Positions 26,068 through 30,282 of a stretch of DNA of 30,282 nt are shown in pieces. A program made the translations under genes and the position numbers. The stretch lies in the IMG/VR virus record IMGVR_UViG_2671181050_000003; one strand, written 5' to 3'. The stretch is from a virus (taxonomy: Duplodnaviria; Heunggongvirae; Uroviricota; Caudoviricetes). Within the stretch, counting starts at the first letter, position 1, and the number at the start of each line of letters is the position of its first letter. Under the pieces are notes generated by a model. The model searched no databases. It was not told the origin of the DNA and worked only from the letters and a program-made list of their open reading frames with translations.

Positions 26068-26480
26068 AATATGAATTTAGACGACAGCAACTCATCAAAA
26101 TTCGTGATGAGAAATGCGATGGTAAAGCGGTTAACGTGGCCAGAAAGATCGGGCGCGAGCCTTCTTATGTATCAAGAATGTTGTACCCAGAGGGGAAAAA
26201 GGGAAAAAAACGGATCGCTGATGATATGGTGGAGATTATCGAAGAGTCCTTTGGGTTACCCCGGGGATGGATGGATGGTATCGTTTCATCATCAACGAAC
26301 ACAGCCTCCAGTTATGAAACAAGGGTTCTAACGCCACGACAACGTATTTTTTTAGATCTCTTAGACGAACTGCCAGAAAGTGAAGCGGATAAATTATTAA
26401 AAACTCTTGAAGAGAAAAAACAGTATTACAATATGATCTACGAAGAAATCCGTAAAAAGAAAGCACAAAACACATCATAG
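26061..26480 (+). CDS. Prophage repressor (CI-like helix-turn-helix protein, 139 aa)
   Basis: Helix-turn-helix GKAVNVARKIGREPSYVSRM; divergent from the Cro-like gene; no ribosome-binding site before the ATG; operators on both sides. Confidence 0.65.
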   Translation: MDKYEFRRQQLIKIRDEKCDGKAVNVARKIGREPSYVSRMLYPEGKKGKKRIADDMVEIIEESFGLPRGWMDGIVSSSTNTASSYETRVLTPRQRIFLDLLDELPESEADKLLKTLEEKKQYYNMIYEEIRKKKAQNTS

Positions 26481-26522
26481 CTCACCAAACAACTAGTCAC
26501 CAGTTAAGACACCGCAAAAATT

Positions 26523-26559
26523 TACCCATGGGTATTTACTTTTTAAATACCTATGGGTA
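26523..26559. promoter_or_regulatory. Two palindromic operators downstream of the repressor gene (OL-like)
   Basis: TACCCATGGGTA (perfect 12-bp palindrome, 26523) and TACCTATGGGTA (26548), 25 bp apart. Confidence 0.45.
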
Positions 26560-26745
26560 TCCTTATTTTCATACCAACCCACCCCGCCCCACAGAATGCA
26601 GGGCAATACTTCGAGTTACCAGGCAGTGGTCAGGGGTTAAGTAGCCAGCCCGAGGCGTAAGAACATGACGGCAGGGTTCAACTTTAATAACTATGCAGCA
26701 GGTTTTTGTTCCGCTACCCCGGCGTTAAGGGGAAATGAGGTCAGC

Positions 26746-26901
26746 ATGGATACTATCGATCTTGGCAACAGCGAATCTCTGGTATGTGGCGTGTTCCCCA
26801 ACCAGGACGGTACGTTCACCGCGATGACGTATACCAAAAGCAAAACGTTTAAAACCGAAAATGGTGCCCGTCGCTGGCTGGAAAGAAACTCAGGTGAGTG
26901 A
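26746..26901 (+). CDS. Small protein, YdfA-like (51 aa)
   Basis: Internal ATG of track ORF 26665..26901 preceded by GAGGT; size and position match the first small gene of the Qin dicB operon. Confidence 0.5.
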   Translation: MDTIDLGNSESLVCGVFPNQDGTFTAMTYTKSKTFKTENGARRWLERNSGE

Positions 26902-26902
26902 T

Positions 26903-27031
26903 ATGGATTTCGACACAATCATGGAAAAGGCTTACGAAGAATACTTCGAAGGTCTTGCCGAAGGCGAAGAAGCTCTCAGCTTCAGTGAATTTAAACAGGC
27001 GCTTTCCAGTTCGGCAAAATCTAACGGCTGA
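26903..27031 (+). CDS. Small acidic protein, YdfB-like (42 aa)
   Basis: Not in the track (under 60 aa). ATG at 26903 preceded by AGGTGAG and starting 1 nt after the previous stop; MDFDTIMEKAYEEYFEGLAEGEEALSFSEFKQALSSSAKSNG. Confidence 0.45.
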   Translation: MDFDTIMEKAYEEYFEGLAEGEEALSFSEFKQALSSSAKSNG

Positions 27032-27060
27032 TAAGCGAAACAGCACCGCGAGGAATCAGT

Positions 27061-27279
27061 ATGCAGAAACGAGAACCCGTCATCATCGCGCCAGACTATA
27101 CCGATGATGAACTTTATGAGTGGATGCGCCAGAAAATTAATGCAGTGCAGGATCTGAAATGGGCCAATGAAGCCAGGACTAAGCAGGCTGAAAATCTGTC
27201 CGCTCTGGAGCAGGATATCACCAGGCTGGAAAAAGCAGCGGCATTAAGCATTGCCAGAATGGTTACATACCCACGTTAA
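27061..27279 (+). CDS. Small protein, YdfC-like (72 aa)
   Basis: Size and position in the early-left operon. Confidence 0.5.
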   Translation: MQKREPVIIAPDYTDDELYEWMRQKINAVQDLKWANEARTKQAENLSALEQDITRLEKAAALSIARMVTYPR

Positions 27280-27301
27280 TAGCTAACCAACGAGGCTAAT
27301 A

Positions 27302-27703
27302 ATGGAATTTAAAGATTTACCAATGCAATTCCAGGAAATGGCAGCGAATATAGTTCGTTCCCAACTGGCGACTCTTGACCTGAGTACCGTAGAAAAAGAA
27401 ACCATCGATACTATATCCGGTAACGTGCGTCGTGCCTTTATAGGTCTGTATGAAGAGAAGCGCCTATTCGGCGGACAGAATTCGCCTGAAAACAAGAATC
27501 AAGCAAATGATGAGAAGCTGAAACACATTATCGCCTTACTTTTGGAAGACGCAAAACGTCTACAGCAACTGGAACCAAATGCAGGCACAGAGGCCCGCAT
27601 TTGGATTGCCATGAAATCACTCAAATGTGAAAGCAGTGATTATTTCAAAACAACAATTAAAACTACTCAACTTTCGGGAGAGCTACTGAAGAAATTGCCA
27701 TAA
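27302..27703 (+). CDS. Hypothetical protein (133 aa), helical
   Basis: GAGG ribosome-binding site; 3' end overlaps the convergent minus-strand gene by about 40 nt. Confidence 0.5.
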   Translation: MEFKDLPMQFQEMAANIVRSQLATLDLSTVEKETIDTISGNVRRAFIGLYEEKRLFGGQNSPENKNQANDEKLKHIIALLLEDAKRLQQLEPNAGTEARIWIAMKSLKCESSDYFKTTIKTTQLSGELLKKLP

Positions 27704-27941
27704 GAGCACGGTCTTTCTCTTGTTCTGCAAGATGAGCATTAATACCTGGTATGGTTTTTTCAAATTTATCTATCTGTTGAATAACAACTTCGCGGTATAC
27801 GTTTGTTTTTGTACCACCAAGCGCAGCCGTTAATGCAGAAAGCATATTTAGTATCATATCAGTGCGATATGAAAGAATCCTGATAGCTTCATCTTGTTCT
27901 TCAATAATAGATTGCAGGGCCTCAATTTGCTTTTTATCCAT
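27663..27941 (-). CDS. Hypothetical protein (92 aa), helical
   Basis: Internal ATG (MDKKQIEAL...) preceded by AGGAGGG; convergent with and overlapping the 133-aa gene. Confidence 0.5.
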   Translation of the reverse strand: MDKKQIEALQSIIEEQDEAIRILSYRTDMILNMLSALTAALGGTKTNVYREVVIQQIDKFEKTIPGINAHLAEQEKDRALMAISSVALPKVE

Positions 27942-28276
27942 TTCACCCTCCTGAGGGTTGGTAATTAAGGAGTTCTCCACGGGTCAGGTGGAGTGCGTGC
28001 GCCGGACACGGGTGAGCATCCGGCACTGACAGCTTACTGAAAGGATATGTCCCTGAAAAGTCAGGGCATAACGCGAAAGCGCACGGCGAAATTGGTCTCT
28101 CTGTACGGTGTCGTTAAATTTAGTTCGACCGTGCGCTTCCGGTTGTGGCACTCCGCGAAATGGCGCGGCGGTAAGTATGGCTGGGGTTTCCTCCATTGCT
28201 CCAGAAAATGCACCGGGTTGTCAGGTTGACCATACGCTTAAGTGACAACCCCGCTACAACGCCCTCTGTTATCAAT

Positions 28277-28334
28277 TTTCTGGTGACATTTGGCGGTATC
28301 AGTTTTACTCCGTGACTGCTCTGCCGCCCTTTTT
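28277..28334 (+). ncRNA. dicF: DicF-like small RNA
   Basis: tttctggtgacatttggcggtatcagttttactccgtgactgctctgccgcccttttt matches the E. coli DicF sequence as I recall it with about one substitution; followed by dicB-like and ydfD-like genes as in Qin. Confidence 0.65.
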
Positions 28335-28512
28335 AAAGTGAATTTTGTGATGCGGTGAATGCGGCTATGCGCACGCGGAACAGTTAAAGCAGTAAGGCGG
28401 TATTTTACGGGCGTAACGAGCATCAACTAACCCGGCGTTAATTGTTAACTGGTTAACGTCACCTAGAGGCACCAGGCACTGCATCACAAAATTCATTGTT
28501 GAGGACGCGATA

Positions 28513-28701
28513 ATGGAAACGTTATTACCAAACGTTAATACGTCTGAAGGTTGTTTTGATATTGGTGTTCTGCTCAGTAACCGGGAGTTTACTGAAGATG
28601 CCATTAATATGAGGAAATATGAGCCTTATCTGCTCAATGATAATTCCATACTTTCCCGAATTGCTCTTCTTGAACTTGGTATTTTCGGAGAACGTCAATG
28701 A
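28513..28701 (+). CDS. dicB: DicB-like cell-division inhibitor (62 aa)
   Basis: N-terminus METLLPNVNTSEGCFDIG closely matches my recollection of DicB; GAGGA ribosome-binding site; immediately downstream of DicF. Confidence 0.6.
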   Translation: METLLPNVNTSEGCFDIGVLLSNREFTEDAINMRKYEPYLLNDNSILSRIALLELGIFGERQ

Positions 28702-28886
28702 CTTCAGCATTTGCACTGATGATGACGGTTTTTCTTATAACGGGTGAATCACAGAATGTGATTACCGGAATTTATGCAAGTAAAGAATCCTGCCTCCAGG
28801 CAAGAGACGAGCAAAAAATTTCTGGTGAATGCCTCCCGCTAAAAAAAGTATCGCTGTACCTGAATAACGAAACACCGGCTGGATAA
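28698..28886 (+). CDS. YdfD-like small protein with N-terminal hydrophobic segment (62 aa)
   Basis: GGAGA ribosome-binding site; start overlaps the dicB-like stop; N-terminal MTSAFALMMTVFLITG. Confidence 0.5.
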   Translation: MTSAFALMMTVFLITGESQNVITGIYASKESCLQARDEQKISGECLPLKKVSLYLNNETPAG

Positions 28887-28981
28887 CCCTCCAGCCATAT
28901 TAACACCATACCAACGGATTAAAAATGCCAGCAATGGCAGGGATTCGTTCACCCTGAAATCTGTAATGAGGTTAAAACAAA

Positions 28982-30282
28982 ATGAGTAAGGTCTTTATTT
29001 GCGCTGCTATTCCTGATGAACAGGCCATAAAAGAAGATAGCGCTGTTGCGGTGGCCACTGCCATTGAAGCTGGTGATGAGCGTCGCGCACGCGCAAAATT
29101 TCATTGGCAATTTCTGGAGCAATTCCCTGCAGCTCAGGACTGCGCTTATAAATTTATTGTCTGTGAGGATAAACCCGGCATACCCCGCCCTGCCCTCGAT
29201 TCCTGGGATGCTGAATATATGCAGGAAAACCGCTGGGATGAGGCGTCTGCTTCCTTTGTCCCGGTTGAGACTGAATCAGATCCGATGAACGTCACTTTTG
29301 ACAAGCTGGCCCCTGAAGTACAGAACGCTGTCATGGTTAAGTTCGACACATGTGAAAACATCACCGTTGATATGGTTATTAGCGCACAGGAATTGTTGCA
29401 GGAAGACATGGCAACATTCGACGGACATATCGTTGAAGCGTTGATGAAAATGCCAGAAGTTAACGCCATGTATCCGGAGCTTAAGTTGCACGCCATTGGG
29501 TGGGTTAAGCATAAATGTAAGCCTGGTGCCAAATGGCCCGAAATTCAGGCAGAGATGCGCATCTGGAAAAAACGTCGCGAAGGTGAACGCAAGGAAACCG
29601 GAAAATACACGTCTGTTATTGATCTCGCCCGCGCCAGAACCAATCAACAGCACAGTGAAAATTCAACAGGAAAAATCAGCCCGGTCATTGCTGCCATTCA
29701 TCGCGAATACAAGCAGACATGGAAAACACTGGATGACGAACTGGCCTACGCTCTCTGGCCTGGTGATGTGGATGCCGGAAACATTGACGGCAGCATCCAT
29801 CGCTGGGCAAAAAATGAAGTTATCGACAACGACCGCGAAGACTGGAAGCGTATCTCGGCATCAATGCGCAAACAGCCTGATGCCCTTCGCTACGACCGCC
29901 AAACTATTTTTGGCCTTGTCCGTGAGCGTCCGATCGACATTCACAAAGATCCCATAGCACTGAACAAATATATCTGCGAATACCTGACTACAAAGGGCGT
30001 GTTTGAAGATGAAGGAACAAATCAGAGCGCAACTGATACTCTCTCGTCGCCAGTACCAGAAACTGATGCAGTGGAAACGGCAATTCCGGACAACGAAAAA
30101 ACCGAATGCAAAGTGGAAGTCGAACCATCTGTAGAACGTGAGGGGCCGTTCTACTTCCTCTTCACCGACAAGGATGGCGAAAAATACGGTCGCGCAAACA
30201 AACTTTCTGGTCTGGATAAGGCACTGGCTGCTGGCGCCACTGAAATCACAAAAGAAGAATATTTTGCCCGAAAAAATGGCAC
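28982..30282 (+). CDS. Large early-left protein, N-terminal 433 codons; 3' end beyond the window (YdfE/RecE-position gene, product uncertain)
   Basis: Open frame from the ATG at 28982 (GAGGT ribosome-binding site) to the window edge with no stop; absent from the track because it is unterminated. Confidence 0.55.
   Translation, partial: MSKVFICAAIPDEQAIKEDSAVAVATAIEAGDERRARAKFHWQFLEQFPAAQDCAYKFIVCEDKPGIPRPALDSWDAEYMQENRWDEASASFVPVETESDPMNVTFDKLAPEVQNAVMVKFDTCENITVDMVISAQELLQEDMATFDGHIVEALMKMPEVNAMYPELKLHAIGWVKHKCKPGAKWPEIQAEMRIWKKRREGERKETGKYTSVIDLARARTNQQHSENSTGKISPVIAAIHREYKQTWKTLDDELAYALWPGDVDAGNIDGSIHRWAKNEVIDNDREDWKRISASMRKQPDALRYDRQTIFGLVRERPIDIHKDPIALNKYICEYLTTKGVFEDEGTNQSATDTLSSPVPETDAVETAIPDNEKTECKVEVEPSVEREGPFYFLFTDKDGEKYGRANKLSGLDKALAAGATEITKEEYFARKNG

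Noticed and set aside
26071-26478. 86-aa plus and 80-aa minus ORFs overlapping the repressor gene
   Set aside because: Alternative-frame and antisense artifacts within the helix-turn-helix repressor ORF.
27984-28604. Four short ORFs (60-79 aa) in the region upstream of and across DicF
   Set aside because: No ribosome-binding sites; the region is GC-rich and hairpin-rich, and contains the DicF-like sRNA, so it is better explained as non-coding.
29046-29957. 80-aa plus, 128-aa and 125-aa minus, and 153-aa plus ORFs near the right edge
   Set aside because: All lie within or antisense to the long unterminated plus-strand frame that begins at 28982 with a good ribosome-binding site.
1-30282. Integrase, excisionase, attachment sites or insertion sequences
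   Set aside because: No tyrosine or serine recombinase-like ORF, transposase, or flanking direct repeats were seen; the window appears internal to the prophage.

Overview
This window reads as an internal segment of a mosaic lambdoid prophage of an Enterobacteriaceae (E. coli-like) host. No integrase or att site is present. Nearly all phage genes lie on the minus strand, so the phage map runs right to left. From low to high coordinates: tail fiber assembly gene (runs off the left edge), collagen-repeat tail fiber, head and packaging genes (capsid, scaffold, portal, large and small terminase), an Rz/Rz1 spanin pair, a pinholin plus SAR-endolysin lysis cassette, a NanS-p-like sialate O-acetylesterase moron, a gene-free repeat-rich late regulatory region with a putative Q antiterminator, the nin region (ninH, rusA, DUF1364, ninE, ninB, antirepressor), replication genes (DnaC-like loader, initiator with internal iterons), a YdaT-like gene, a Cro-like regulator and a divergent repressor flanked by TACC-N4-GGTA operators. 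The plus-strand early-left operon is Qin-like (ydfA/B/C-like small genes, a DicF-like sRNA, dicB-like and ydfD-like genes). The most interesting candidates are accessory insertions: (1) a plus-strand island inside the minus-strand early-right operon carrying a Gp49/HigB-like toxin with an XRE antitoxin and a zinc-ribbon protein with a DUF4145-like C-terminal domain; (2) a convergent overlapping gene pair between the ydfC-like gene and DicF; (3) three tandem ~240-bp ORF-free units, each ending in a hairpin terminator, plus a tRNA-like remnant between Q and nanS. All protein family calls come from reading the translations and from remembered family signatures; no database search was run, so they need HMM/BLAST confirmation.
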